A stretch of DNA of 64,000 bases from an uncultured delta proteobacterium (GTDB lineage Bacteria > Myxococcota_A > UBA9160 > UBA4427). The position numbers were made by a program, and so were the translations under genes. The notes below the pieces were generated by a model, which was not told the DNA's origin, made no database searches, and saw only the letters and a program-made list of their open reading frames with translations. Numbering within the stretch: the first letter of the stretch is position 1; every line of letters starts with the position of its first letter. The stretch spans positions 320,001-384,000 of the forward strand of contig CAWGJT010000006.1 in assembly GCA_963822965.1 (NCBI GenBank). The letters are read 5' to 3'. Positions 48,504-58,340 of this stretch are shown one piece after another.

Positions 48504-49019
48504 ATGCCCCTGCGAATCGCCTTCCGACGCTTCCGACGGGAAGCCCTGGCGCTCCTGGCCGCGGGCGCGCTCGGGGCCGCGGGTGCTGCCTTCGCGGCGG
48601 GCAGCCCATCGGCGGGCAAGTCGAAGGACGAGGCACGGCCGTCCGGCTACGAGGCCGGTGTGGCGCTGCTCGACGCGGGACGCTTCGAGCAGGCCCGCCA
48701 GAAGCTCGAGACCGCCGCGCGAGAGAGCCCCCGCGACCCCGACGTGCTGAACATGCTGGCCTACAGCCAACGGAAGTCCGGACAGCTCGACCGCGCCATC
48801 GCCACCTACAAGCGCGCGCTCAGCCTGCGACCGCGCTTCCCCCAGGCCCGCGAGTACCTGGGTGAGGCCTATCTGCAGGCCAGCCTGCGCGAGCTCGAGA
48901 CCCTCGAAGGCTACGGGCCCGCGGCGAAGGACGAGCGGGCCCGGCTGATCCACGCCGTGCGCGCTGCGGCCACGGATCTCCCGCCGCAGCCGGAAATCGC
49001 CGGCAAGCCCGCCTGGTAG
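48504..49019 (+). CDS. exported tetratricopeptide-repeat protein
   Basis: Signal-like N-terminus; TPR pattern PDVLNMLAYSQRKSG..AIATYKRAL..P..AREYLGEAY. Confidence 0.78.
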   Translation: MPLRIAFRRFRREALALLAAGALGAAGAAFAAGSPSAGKSKDEARPSGYEAGVALLDAGRFEQARQKLETAARESPRDPDVLNMLAYSQRKSGQLDRAIATYKRALSLRPRFPQAREYLGEAYLQASLRELETLEGYGPAAKDERARLIHAVRAAATDLPPQPEIAGKPAW

Positions 49020-49114
49020 TCGGCCGATACGGAGGCGACGAGCCCCCCTCCCCAGCGCCCCCCATCGAGCCCATCGGCCCAACGACGAGGACCCCCTCGC
49101 AACAGCCCCCTGAG

Positions 49115-50500
49115 GTGACCTTGGCCGGCTACCGGACCTCGCCCGTCCCGACCCCGCGAATGCCCGGCGGCATTCCGTTCATCGTCTCGAACGAGGCCGC
49201 GGAGCGCTTCTCGTTCTACGGCATGAAGGCGATCCTCGTCGTCTTCATGACCCAGTACCTCGTCGCGCGCAGCGGCGAGCTGGCCGTGATGGGAGAGGAG
49301 GACGCCAAGGGCTGGTACCACCTCTTCGTGGCGGCGGTCTACTTCACGCCGCTCCTGGGCGCCCTGCTCTCGGACGTCCTCTTCGGCAAGTACCCCACGA
49401 TCCTGTCCCTCTCGCTCGTCTACTGCCTGGGCCATCTCACCCTGGCGATCGACGACACCCGCTTCGGCCTGGCCCTCGGTCTCGGGCTCATCGCCCTCGG
49501 CTCCGGCGGCATCAAGCCCTGCGTGTCCGCCCACGTGGGCGACCAGTTCGGTCACAGCAACGCCCACCTGCTGGAGCGGGCCTTCTCGTTCTTCTACTTC
49601 GCGATCAATCTCGGCGCGGGCGCCTCGATGGCGCTCACCCCGATCCTGCTCGACCGCTTCGGCCCCCACGTGGCGTTCGGGGTGCCGGGCGCGCTCATGC
49701 TCCTCGCCACCTGGGCCTTCTGGCTCGGCCGCTGGAAGTTCGTCCACGTGCCGCCGGACGGACCCCGCTTCGTCGCCGAGGCCACCAGCCGCGAAGGCCT
49801 CACCGCGCTGGGGCGGCTCGCCGTCATCTTCGCCTTCGTCACCATGTTCTGGGCCCTCTTCGACCAGACCGGCTCGTCGTGGATCCTGCAGGCCGAGAAG
49901 ATGGACCGACACTTCCTGGGACACGAATGGCTGTCCTCCCAGATCCAGGCCATCAACCCCATCCTGGTGATGGCCATGATTCCCGTCTTCAGCTTCTGGG
50001 TGTATCCGGCGATGCGTCGCGTGGCGCCCCTCACCCCGCTGCGCAAGATCGGCGTGGGATTCTTCGTGCTCGTGGCGGCGTTCCTCGTGACCGCGTTCGT
50101 CGAGCAACGGATCCAGGCGGGCCAGACGCCGAGCATCGCCTGGCAGCTTCTCGCCTACGTGATCCTGACCGCGTCCGAGGTGATGGTCTCGATCACCTGC
50201 CTCGAGTTCGCATACACCCAGGCGCCGAAGGCCCTGAAGTCGCTGGTGATGGCGCTCTTCCTCCTCTCCATCTCGGCCGGGAACCTCTTCACCTCGGCGG
50301 TCAACTTCCTGATCCGCAATCCGGACGGCTCCTCGAAGCTCGAGGGCCCGAGCTACTACCTCTTCTTCGCGGGCCTGATGACCCTCACCGCGCTGGCGTT
50401 CATCCCCGTCGCCATGCGCTACCGCGAGCGCACCTACATCCAGGGAGAGACCCGGGAGGACGAAGCCGAAGCCACCGCCGAGGCGGTGGCCGCGGGATAG
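49115..50500 (+). CDS. POT/PTR family proton-dependent oligopeptide transporter
   Basis: NEAAERFSFYG, GSGGIKPCV..GDQF, FYFAINLG, EFAYTQAP. Confidence 0.93.
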   Translation: MTLAGYRTSPVPTPRMPGGIPFIVSNEAAERFSFYGMKAILVVFMTQYLVARSGELAVMGEEDAKGWYHLFVAAVYFTPLLGALLSDVLFGKYPTILSLSLVYCLGHLTLAIDDTRFGLALGLGLIALGSGGIKPCVSAHVGDQFGHSNAHLLERAFSFFYFAINLGAGASMALTPILLDRFGPHVAFGVPGALMLLATWAFWLGRWKFVHVPPDGPRFVAEATSREGLTALGRLAVIFAFVTMFWALFDQTGSSWILQAEKMDRHFLGHEWLSSQIQAINPILVMAMIPVFSFWVYPAMRRVAPLTPLRKIGVGFFVLVAAFLVTAFVEQRIQAGQTPSIAWQLLAYVILTASEVMVSITCLEFAYTQAPKALKSLVMALFLLSISAGNLFTSAVNFLIRNPDGSSKLEGPSYYLFFAGLMTLTALAFIPVAMRYRERTYIQGETREDEAEATAEAVAAG

Positions 50501-50575
50501 GCCGCCCTCCCGGCGACGCGCATCGCGTTCGCGGCCGGAGCCCGGGCGCGTGCGGACCCGGAGAAGGGGGAGAGC

Positions 50576-51379
50576 TCACGCGACCGCTGGCAGCGGGCGC
50601 CGAAGCCCTCCCCTTCCGCGTGCGAGCGCCGTCTGGACCACGTGAAGCGCCGACCCCACCAGGTACAGCGCGGGGGAGAAGACGATCTCGAAGGCGAGGG
50701 GCGGCAGGCTCGAGCGCCAGACCACCACGCCGGCGCACGCGAGCGCGACCGGCACGTGCGACCACACGATCGCCCGCCGGATGGCCGCGCCCGCCGCGGG
50801 ATCCCGGCTCGCCGCCATGCGATCGCGCAGGAACACGAGCCACTGGAAGATGTGGTAGAGCGTGGAGGCCGCGAAGACGTCGGCGAACGTCACCCCGACT
50901 CGCTGCAGCGCGACGACGGCGGCCATCACGAGCACCATGCCGACGATCGTGCGGAAGTACGTGTCTCGCGGGATGCGCCCCAGGGCGAGCCCGCGTCCAT
51001 AGGCGCCGGTCACGGCGATGTCGTTCTCGACGGTGTGCCAGACCGAGAGCGCGAGAAGCGGGCTGGTCGCGATCAGGAAGTCGTCGACCGCCAGCCAATC
51101 GAGCGCGGCGAAGTACGCAGCGAACGCCGCCGCGACGGAGACGAAGCCGAGCCCCATCCACAGCCGGCGGGACGCCTGCGCCGGTCGAGGGCACCCCGCA
51201 CGCCGTCCGACCCACGCGGCGCCGATCAGATGGGCGTAGCCCAGGGCGAGGACGAACACGTACAGCGCGCTGGCCCGCTCCTGCGCGTCGGGCCAGAGCG
51301 CGGCGAACGAGGCGAGGGCCGCGAGCACGAGCAGCGTCGTCGTGATTCGATTGGAGCGGGCCGTTCCCGAGACCCTCAC
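50576..51379 (-). CDS. hypothetical polytopic membrane protein with His residues in TM helices
   Basis: About 7 hydrophobic segments; YAHL, WHTVEND, YHIFQW, WSHV, ALHV. Confidence 0.65.
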   Translation of the reverse strand: MRVSGTARSNRITTTLLVLAALASFAALWPDAQERASALYVFVLALGYAHLIGAAWVGRRAGCPRPAQASRRLWMGLGFVSVAAAFAAYFAALDWLAVDDFLIATSPLLALSVWHTVENDIAVTGAYGRGLALGRIPRDTYFRTIVGMVLVMAAVVALQRVGVTFADVFAASTLYHIFQWLVFLRDRMAASRDPAAGAAIRRAIVWSHVPVALACAGVVVWRSSLPPLAFEIVFSPALYLVGSALHVVQTALARGRGGLRRPLPAVA

Positions 51380-51477
51380 CGCGGCCGGGACCTCGCTGCC
51401 CGCACGGCGCCCCGCCCGCTCGACGACCCGGACGTGCGGGGCTCCCGGAAGCCGAGCGGGATCGTCGGCGAACCCAT

Positions 51478-52236
51478 CTATGCCGGGCGCGCGCCGGCGC
51501 AGATCGGGACGAGCTCCGAGAGGGCCCGGATCTCGTAGTCGGCGGTGGCCGCGTCGCCGAACTGTCCGGGCGGCCCGGCGCCGGGCTCGAGGATCAAGGC
51601 GGTCCGCATGCCCATCGCCCGGGCGCCCGCGATGTCGTGCACCGGAGAGTCGCCGACGAAGAGCACGTCGGCCGGGTCGCAGCCCGCCTTCTCGAGCGCA
51701 TAGACGAAGAAGCGCGAATCCGGCTTGCACGAGCGCGCCTCCTCGGAGCTCGTCCAGTGCTCGAGCCGCGAGGCGAGCCGGGCGCGCTCCACCATCGGGT
51801 GCAGGTAGTCGTCGTCGATGTTCGAGACGATGTGGAGGGAGAGCCCCGCCTCGCGCAGCGCGTCGAGGGTCTCGAGGCAGTCGGCGCGCAGCTCGAAGTG
51901 CTCGAGCAGCGTGCTCCGCTGCAGGTCGTAGAACCATGCGAGGAAGGCTTCGTCGGCCTCGGCTCCGAGCTCGCGAGCGAAGAAGCGGAACGTGTCGAGG
52001 AAGAGATCGCGGTGGAGATAGAAGGGACGATCGTTGTAGCGGCGGAACGCCTCGCCGCTCGCCTTGCCGTAGGCCTGCGCGATGACCCGACGGTCCACCT
52101 CCACTCCGAGGCGCGCGGCGGCCTGGGCGAAGATGGGGCCGCCGGCGCCGACGCCGCGCATGGCGTCCTGGAAGGACGCGTAGCTGAACAGCGTTCCACC
52201 AAAATCGAAGAAGACCGCCTGGAAGGGTCTGGTCAC
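51478..52236 (-). CDS. HAD-family hydrolase (subfamily IA)
   Basis: FFDFGGTL, IVSN, CKPD..F, FVGDS..HDIAGA..GM. Confidence 0.88.
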   Translation of the reverse strand: MTRPFQAVFFDFGGTLFSYASFQDAMRGVGAGGPIFAQAAARLGVEVDRRVIAQAYGKASGEAFRRYNDRPFYLHRDLFLDTFRFFARELGAEADEAFLAWFYDLQRSTLLEHFELRADCLETLDALREAGLSLHIVSNIDDDYLHPMVERARLASRLEHWTSSEEARSCKPDSRFFVYALEKAGCDPADVLFVGDSPVHDIAGARAMGMRTALILEPGAGPPGQFGDAATADYEIRALSELVPICAGARPA

Positions 52237-52328
52237 CCACTCGCTCCCACTCGTCGCGCATCGTATAGTGGTCCCCCGGCCGGCGGTCAAACCCGGGTCC
52301 CGCACAGCCATACAGGAGCGAACGAGCC

Positions 52329-53090
52329 ATGACGGCCCCCCTGCGACGCTTCGACGACAAGGTCGTCCTCATCACGGGTGCCGCCTCGGGAATCGGCCGC
52401 GCCACCGTCGAGCGGATTGCCGCAGAGGGCGGCAGGGTCTTCTGCGCCGACATCCAGGCGGAGGCGGTGCAGGAGAGCGCCAAGCGCGCCCTCGAGCTCG
52501 GCCCCGACGCCGAGGCCCACGTCTTCGACGTGAGCGATCCGGCGCAGACCACGGCGTGCGTCCGCGCGTGCATCGAGCGATTCGGACGCGTCGACGCGCT
52601 CTGCAACGTCGCCGGCATCCTGCGCTTCGACCACACCCACACGATGCCTCTCGAGGACTGGAACCGGATCCTCCAGGTGAATCTCACCGGCACCTTCCTG
52701 ATGTGCCAGGCGGCGATCCCCCACCTGCTCGAGAGCCGGGGGGCGATCGTGAACCTGTCGTCCACGTCGGCGCTGGCCGGGCTGCCCTATGCGGCGGCCT
52801 ACGGCGCCTCGAAGGCGGGCGTCCTGGCCCTCACCTACGCGATCGCCATCGAGTACGGCAAGCAGGGTCTGCGCGCGAACGCCATCTGCCCCGGCTCCAT
52901 CTCGACGCCCATGACCAAGGACCCGGCCTTCCCGGAGGGCCTCGACATGAAGCTCGTCATGCGCGCCATGCCCCTCGACAAGTTCCGCGGCCCCGAGACG
53001 GTGGCGAGCCTGGTGGCCTTCCTGGCCTCCGAGGACGCGGCGCACATCAACGGCGAGCGCATCCGGGTGGACGGCGCGACCCTGTCCTGA
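52329..53090 (+). CDS. short-chain dehydrogenase/reductase
   Basis: TGAASGIG, NVAG, YGASK, VDG. Confidence 0.92.
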   Translation: MTAPLRRFDDKVVLITGAASGIGRATVERIAAEGGRVFCADIQAEAVQESAKRALELGPDAEAHVFDVSDPAQTTACVRACIERFGRVDALCNVAGILRFDHTHTMPLEDWNRILQVNLTGTFLMCQAAIPHLLESRGAIVNLSSTSALAGLPYAAAYGASKAGVLALTYAIAIEYGKQGLRANAICPGSISTPMTKDPAFPEGLDMKLVMRAMPLDKFRGPETVASLVAFLASEDAAHINGERIRVDGATLS

Positions 53091-53149
53091 CCGCGCAGCA
53101 CGAGAGGCCGTAACGCGAGCGCTCGCGGCCGGGCCTCGGGGGACCCACG

Positions 53150-54070
53150 ATGACCGAAGCGATCCGAGACCAGAAGATCCTCGTCACCGGGCCCACCAGC
53201 CAGGTGGCCCTGCCCGTCGTGCGCGCGCTGGCGCCGGACAACGAGGTGTGGGGCCTGGCGCGCTTCCGCAAGCCTTCGGACCGCGCGCCCGTCGAAGCGC
53301 TCGGCGCCCGCACCGTGGCGGTGGATCTCGCCGACGGAAGCTTCGAGGAGCTACCCGACGACTTCGACCTGGTGCTGCACTTCGCGGTGGTGAAGAGCGG
53401 GGACTTCGATTACGACCTCCGGGCCAACGCCGAAGGGGTCGGCCGCCTGATGTCGCACCTGGGTCGGGGGCGACCGCCCCGGGCCTTCCTGCACTGCTCC
53501 TCGGCGGGTGTGTACGAGTACGCCGGCCACGAGCGGCTCCGGGAGACGTCTCCCCTGGGCGACAACCACCGGGTCATGCTGCCCACCTACAGCATCTGCA
53601 AGATCGCGGCGGAGACGGTGGCCCGCTTCGCGGCGCGGGAGTGGCAGATCCCGACGGTGATCACGCGCCTGAGCGTCCCCTACGGCGACAATGGCGGCTG
53701 GCCGTGGTTCCACCTGATGATGATGAAGAACGGCGCCGAGATCGTCGTCCACCCGGACGCGCCGAACCTCTTCAACCCGATCCACGAGGACGACTACATC
53801 GCCCAGCTTCCGCGACTGCTCGAGCTGGCGTCCGTGCCGGCCCACGTGGTGAACTGGGGAGGCCCCCAGTCGAGCATCGAGGAGTGGTGCGCGATCCTGG
53901 AGGAGCTCACCGGGCTCGAGCCCAAGCTGCGCGCCAGCGCCCAGGCCCTGGGCAGCGTCACCCTCGACCTGACCCACCTGCACGAGGCGGTCGGCCCGGC
54001 GAAGGTGGGCGTCCGCGAGGGATTGCGGCGCATGGTGGCCGCGCGCAACCCGGAGCTGCTGGCGGGCTGA
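53150..54070 (+). CDS. NAD-dependent epimerase/dehydratase (extended SDR)
   Basis: VTGPTSQV, SSAGVY, YSICK. Confidence 0.85.
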   Translation: MTEAIRDQKILVTGPTSQVALPVVRALAPDNEVWGLARFRKPSDRAPVEALGARTVAVDLADGSFEELPDDFDLVLHFAVVKSGDFDYDLRANAEGVGRLMSHLGRGRPPRAFLHCSSAGVYEYAGHERLRETSPLGDNHRVMLPTYSICKIAAETVARFAAREWQIPTVITRLSVPYGDNGGWPWFHLMMMKNGAEIVVHPDAPNLFNPIHEDDYIAQLPRLLELASVPAHVVNWGGPQSSIEEWCAILEELTGLEPKLRASAQALGSVTLDLTHLHEAVGPAKVGVREGLRRMVAARNPELLAG

Positions 54071-54094
54071 GGGCCGACGAGGGTGCCGTCCTCG

Positions 54095-54970
54095 TCACGG
54101 CGCCATGCGCGCGATGACCTCCTCGCCGAAGCGCGCGACGCCCTCCCGACGTTCGTCGAGGGTGCGACCCGCGAGCCCGTAGAGGGTCCACGGCAGGGTC
54201 TGCACGTGGGTCACGCCCGCGTCCTCCAGCCTGCGATAGCCGTCGATCGTGTACGCGTCCTTCGCGGCCCCGAGCACGGAGAACGGCTCGCCCGCGCGGG
54301 GCGAGTCCGCTCGTAGCTCGTGGAGGTGCCGCACGAGCCCGGCCATCTCGTCGGTCGCGTGGAGGTCGGAGATCCAGCCGTCGCCGAGCCGGGCGGCGCG
54401 GCGCAGGGCCCGGGCCGAGAACCCGCCCACCCAGATGGGAACCGGCTCCGCGGGCGCCGGTCGCATCTCCACCGGGTCGAAGTCGAAGAGCTCCCCGTGG
54501 TGCTCCACGTAGCCCTCGGCCTGCCACAGCTTGCGGATCACCTCGATCATCTCGTCCATGCGGCGACCCCGGCCCGCGAAGGGCTGCTCCATGGCGCGGA
54601 ACTCCTCGCGCATCCAGCCCGCCCCGACGCCCAGCACGACCCGCCCCCGGGACATCACGGCGGCGGTGGCGACCGTCTTGGCCACCTGGAACGGGTTGCG
54701 CAACGGCAGCACGTAGACGCTGGAGAAGAAGCGCAGGCGTTCGGTGACGGCGGCCATGGCGCCGATCGCGACCCACGGGTCGGGCCAGTCGGTGAAGGGC
54801 CGCCAGCGCGGCGCACCGTCTTCGGTGTAGGGGTACGGGGTCTCCAGGTTCCGCGGATGGATCAGGTGATCGGAGACGGCGATCGCGTCGAACCCGGCCT
54901 CGTCGCACGCGCGGGCGAGGTCGCAGAGGTCCGCCACGGGCGCATAGGCGGCATTGACGACGAACTTCAT
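54095..54970 (-). CDS. luciferase-like monooxygenase family, probable F420-dependent oxidoreductase
   Basis: VSDHL..YPY, DPWV, LRNP..AK, LGVGAGWMREEF, IWVGG..ALRRAARLGDGW. Confidence 0.87.
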   Translation of the reverse strand: MKFVVNAAYAPVADLCDLARACDEAGFDAIAVSDHLIHPRNLETPYPYTEDGAPRWRPFTDWPDPWVAIGAMAAVTERLRFFSSVYVLPLRNPFQVAKTVATAAVMSRGRVVLGVGAGWMREEFRAMEQPFAGRGRRMDEMIEVIRKLWQAEGYVEHHGELFDFDPVEMRPAPAEPVPIWVGGFSARALRRAARLGDGWISDLHATDEMAGLVRHLHELRADSPRAGEPFSVLGAAKDAYTIDGYRRLEDAGVTHVQTLPWTLYGLAGRTLDERREGVARFGEEVIARMAP

Positions 54971-55303
54971 CGTGGGATGCCGAAAGGCCCGAGCTCGCGG
55001 AGAACGCACACGGGGATGAGCTTGCTCATGGGGGCTCCTGCCAGGCGGCCGTCCCTGCGCGGACACGGGCGGGCCGAACATAGCCCGCAGTGGATCTCCG
55101 GATCAGCCATCCCCGTCTGCTTTTTCCGCGCGATCGGATAGGCTGAAGACGGCGGAGATATCCCCGAGCATCCTCGTCCCCCCGCGCGCGCTCCGGAAGC
55201 GGCGCGTCACCCGGAAGGGTCGCACCGCAATCTACGACGACGACGATCCGGGCGAACCCCAGGCAGCCGGAACGGCCGCGCGCCGACTTCCGACGGAGAT
55301 GGC

Positions 55304-56479
55304 ATGAGCCCGCACATCGAGCCCTTCCGCGTGGACGTCCCCGAGGCCGTCCTCGCAGACCTTCGCGAGCGACTCGACCGCACGCGTCTTCCCGCGCCCC
55401 TTCCCGCTGCGGGCTGGCGGGACGGGGCCGACCTCGATGCGTTGGCCGCGCTGCTCGACCACTGGCGCCACGTCTACGATTGGCGGGCCGCCGAGGCGCG
55501 CCTGAACGAGCAGGCGCACTTCGTCACCGAGGCGCAGGGCGAGCGGCTCCACTTCCTCCACGCGCGCTCGCCCGAGCCCGACGCCCTCCCCCTGGTGATC
55601 ACGCACGGGTGGCCCGGCAGCATCGTCGAATTCCTCGACGTGATCGGACCCCTCTCGAACCCGCGCGCCCACGGAGCCGACCCGGCCGACGCGTTCCACG
55701 TCGTGTGCCCCTCGATGCCGGGCTACGCCTTCTCGGGCCCGACGCGCCAGGCGGGCTTCGACGTCCACCGGGTGGCGGACGCCGTGGCCGAGCTGATGCA
55801 GCAGCTCGGCTACGAGCGCTACCTCGCCCAGGGCGGCGACTGGGGATCCCTCGTCACCCGGCGCCTGGGGGAGACCCGCGCCGAACACCTGATCGGCGTG
55901 CACTTCAACATGCTCTTCTGCCTGCCCGAGAACCTGGCCGACCCCGCCGTCTGGGAGGACGTCACGCCCGCGGAGCTCGAGCGGTTCCAGCAGGCGGCCT
56001 CACGGATCGCGGACGGCACCGGCTACATGGCCATCCAGTCCACGAAGCCCCAGTCCCTGGGCATCGGGCTGAACGACTCGCCAGCCGCGCTCGCGGGCTG
56101 GCTGCTCGAGAAGTTCCACGCGTGGACGGACCACGACGGCGACCTGACCCGGGTGCTCTCGCACGACCAGATCCTGACGAACGTGATGCTCTACTGGGTG
56201 ACCGGCACCGCGACCTCCGCCGCGCGCCTCTACGCCGAGAGCCAGCGGGCGGGCACCGCGGCCACCTCTCCCTGGAGCGGCCGGGTGGACGTCCCCACCG
56301 GATACGCGCGTTACCCGCGCGAGCTGCTGCAGCCCCCGCGCGCCTGGGCCGAGCGGCGCTACCGGATCGTCCACTGGAGCGAGGCGGAGCGCGGCGGACA
56401 CTTCGCGGCGTTCGAGCAGCCGCGAGCGTTCGTCGACGACCTCCGGGCGTTCGCACGGAAGATCCGCCCAAACGCCTGA
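55304..56479 (+). CDS. epoxide hydrolase (microsomal-type with N-terminal domain)
   Basis: IEPFRV, YDWR, HGWPGS, QGGDWG, GGHFAAFEQP. Confidence 0.94.
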   Translation: MSPHIEPFRVDVPEAVLADLRERLDRTRLPAPLPAAGWRDGADLDALAALLDHWRHVYDWRAAEARLNEQAHFVTEAQGERLHFLHARSPEPDALPLVITHGWPGSIVEFLDVIGPLSNPRAHGADPADAFHVVCPSMPGYAFSGPTRQAGFDVHRVADAVAELMQQLGYERYLAQGGDWGSLVTRRLGETRAEHLIGVHFNMLFCLPENLADPAVWEDVTPAELERFQQAASRIADGTGYMAIQSTKPQSLGIGLNDSPAALAGWLLEKFHAWTDHDGDLTRVLSHDQILTNVMLYWVTGTATSAARLYAESQRAGTAATSPWSGRVDVPTGYARYPRELLQPPRAWAERRYRIVHWSEAERGGHFAAFEQPRAFVDDLRAFARKIRPNA

Positions 56480-56490
56480 GGCCGTCCTCG

Positions 56491-56688
56491 TCAGCCCGCC
56501 AGACGGAGATGCAGAACGGGACCGTCCGTCCAGGCCTCGATGTTGTCCCACTGCTCGAGGAGGCGACAGCGGGTGACCTGGGCGCTGCCCGGCGATCCCA
56601 TGCGAATGCGCATGTATCCCGCGTTGCTCCGGTTGAGGCGTTCGATGACGGCGTTCCAGTCTCTTCGCTGACTCACGTGACTCCCCAT
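56491..56688 (-). CDS. small hypothetical protein (65 aa)
   Basis: MGSHVSQRRDWNAVIERLN...LHLRLAG with AGGAG RBS. Confidence 0.55.
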   Translation of the reverse strand: MGSHVSQRRDWNAVIERLNRSNAGYMRIRMGSPGSAQVTRCRLLEQWDNIEAWTDGPVLHLRLAG

Positions 56689-56880
56689 GCTCCTGCCCGT
56701 TCTCCTGGTACCGAACTTCTTGCCTGGCCGCTCTCGTACCGGCCTTTCCCCCACTCTCCGGCCCACTGTGGTGGCGGCCTTCCTACCCATGCTGGTGCCC
56801 GTGCTCCCGGCCAACCCGGCCATACTTCGTGGACGACTCCCGGATGCTCGTCGCGGCGGCTCTCGGTGACCCTCGGCGAC

Positions 56881-56982
56881 CAGCGGCCACTCTCGAACCA
56901 GCAGCCACTCTGGGCAGCCACTCTCGAACTAGCAGCCACTCTCGAGCCACTCTCGAGCCACTCTCGCTCGAGCCACCCTCGG
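56881..56982. repeat. cluster of seven GCCACTCT(CG)-type direct repeats
   Basis: Irregularly spaced (11-18 bp) copies of GCCACTCTCG; the last is GCCACCCTCG. Confidence 0.85.
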
Positions 56983-57555
56983 ATGGGGCCTTCGGCACCG
57001 CTCGCGAGGACTCGGTTCCCTCGGCTTCGCGCGGCGACGCGAAGCGGCAGCTCGGCGGGACGCTTAGCACAGCCCTGGAATAACGTCGCACGAATCCGTC
57101 CCCCGGACGCGCCTCAACATAACATCGAAGCTCGGTGGCACGAGCAGAAGCGCTGACCGGAAGCGCCATCGTGTCGAATTCTTCACGACATGCGGAATGG
57201 GTTCTATCGACGAACTCGGAGAACACCCGAGCATCTGGAAGAGGCATGCACTTGGATTCGGACCTGGGTCCAGCCTCGGCAGGCGAGGACGAACGGATTC
57301 GTAAAGATGCAGAGGCGATGCCGGCTTCGAGCGCGAGCGATCCCGAGCGCGTCCCTGTCGCAGCTGGCGGACTCTCGCCGGAGCCGCTGGGATGCAGGCC
57401 GCGAAGAAACACCCGGCCGATCGCACAAGAAGACCGGAGCCGTGCAGCGGAAACGCCCGTGGCAGCGCGCGCGCGGAGTCGCGCACTTGGCTTCCCGGGA
57501 GAGCCCTTCCGAGGAGAGCCCTTCCCACGGCACAGGGTTTCTCAGAAGAACGGAC

Positions 57556-58195
57556 TCAGCTCTGCATCGCCTCGACGGCGGCGCGCGACAGGGCGGCGCC
57601 CGCCGGCGCCACGGCCGCGCGCGCAGCTACGCGAGAGGCCCACGCCCCGACCCCCGAGCACGCGTCGGGCACCGGGACTCCCAGGGAGGCGGCGGCCTGC
57701 ACCTGGACGAACATGGCGATGTCCGCCACCGCGTAGCTTCCGGCCAGGTAGCTGCGACCCACGAGTTCCTTGTCGAGCTGCCCGTAGAGCTGCCGGAGGC
57801 CGGCGGTCGCGCTCGCCGCGCGCTGGGCGTCCGGCGAGGAGGGTCCGGACCCGTAGAACCGCGCCTCGATCAGATCCCACACCAGGGGAAACCAGACCTC
57901 GTCGGCCTCTCCCTCGAGTCGCCGGCAACGGGCGCGGCCGGCGGCATTCTGCGGGTACAACGCGGGCTCCGGAATCCGGTCCTCGAGATACTCGAAGATC
58001 TGGGTCGAGTCGTAGACGACGACGTCGCCATCGACCAGCACGCGGGTTCAGCGCGACGACCTCGGGATGATGCGGCAGATAGCGATCGGCGAGGCTCCAG
58101 CCGACCGTCACCAGGTCGGGGTCGACGCCCTTCTCCGCGAGGGCGATGCGGGCCTTGGCGGAGAGGAGGCCCGGCGGATCGGTATACAGCTTCAT
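57556..58195 (-). pseudogene. glutathione S-transferase family gene, frameshifted near 58043
   Basis: MKLY..KARIALAEKG..ALNP in one frame; VLVDGD..YDSTQIFEYLED..YLAG.Y.VADIA in another; conserved xVP (cis-Pro) segment missing. Confidence 0.8.
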
Positions 58196-58340
58196 GGCGG
58201 GCTCTCCTGGGCACGTCGAGAGGGCGCCCGGCGAGCATCCCGGACCGCGGTGGCTTCGCGTCCCGCCCGCGCGGGTGACAGATCCATTCCGGGAGCGGTC
58301 GCGGTACCCATCGAGCGCGGGAGCTGGTAAGGATTCTTCC

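Noticed and set aside
49040..49112. G-quadruplex-forming tract on the minus strand
   Set aside because: G-runs are present but unremarkable at this GC content; no independent support
57136..57151. Sigma-54 promoter (TGGCAC)
   Set aside because: The -12 TTGC element is missing at the required spacing
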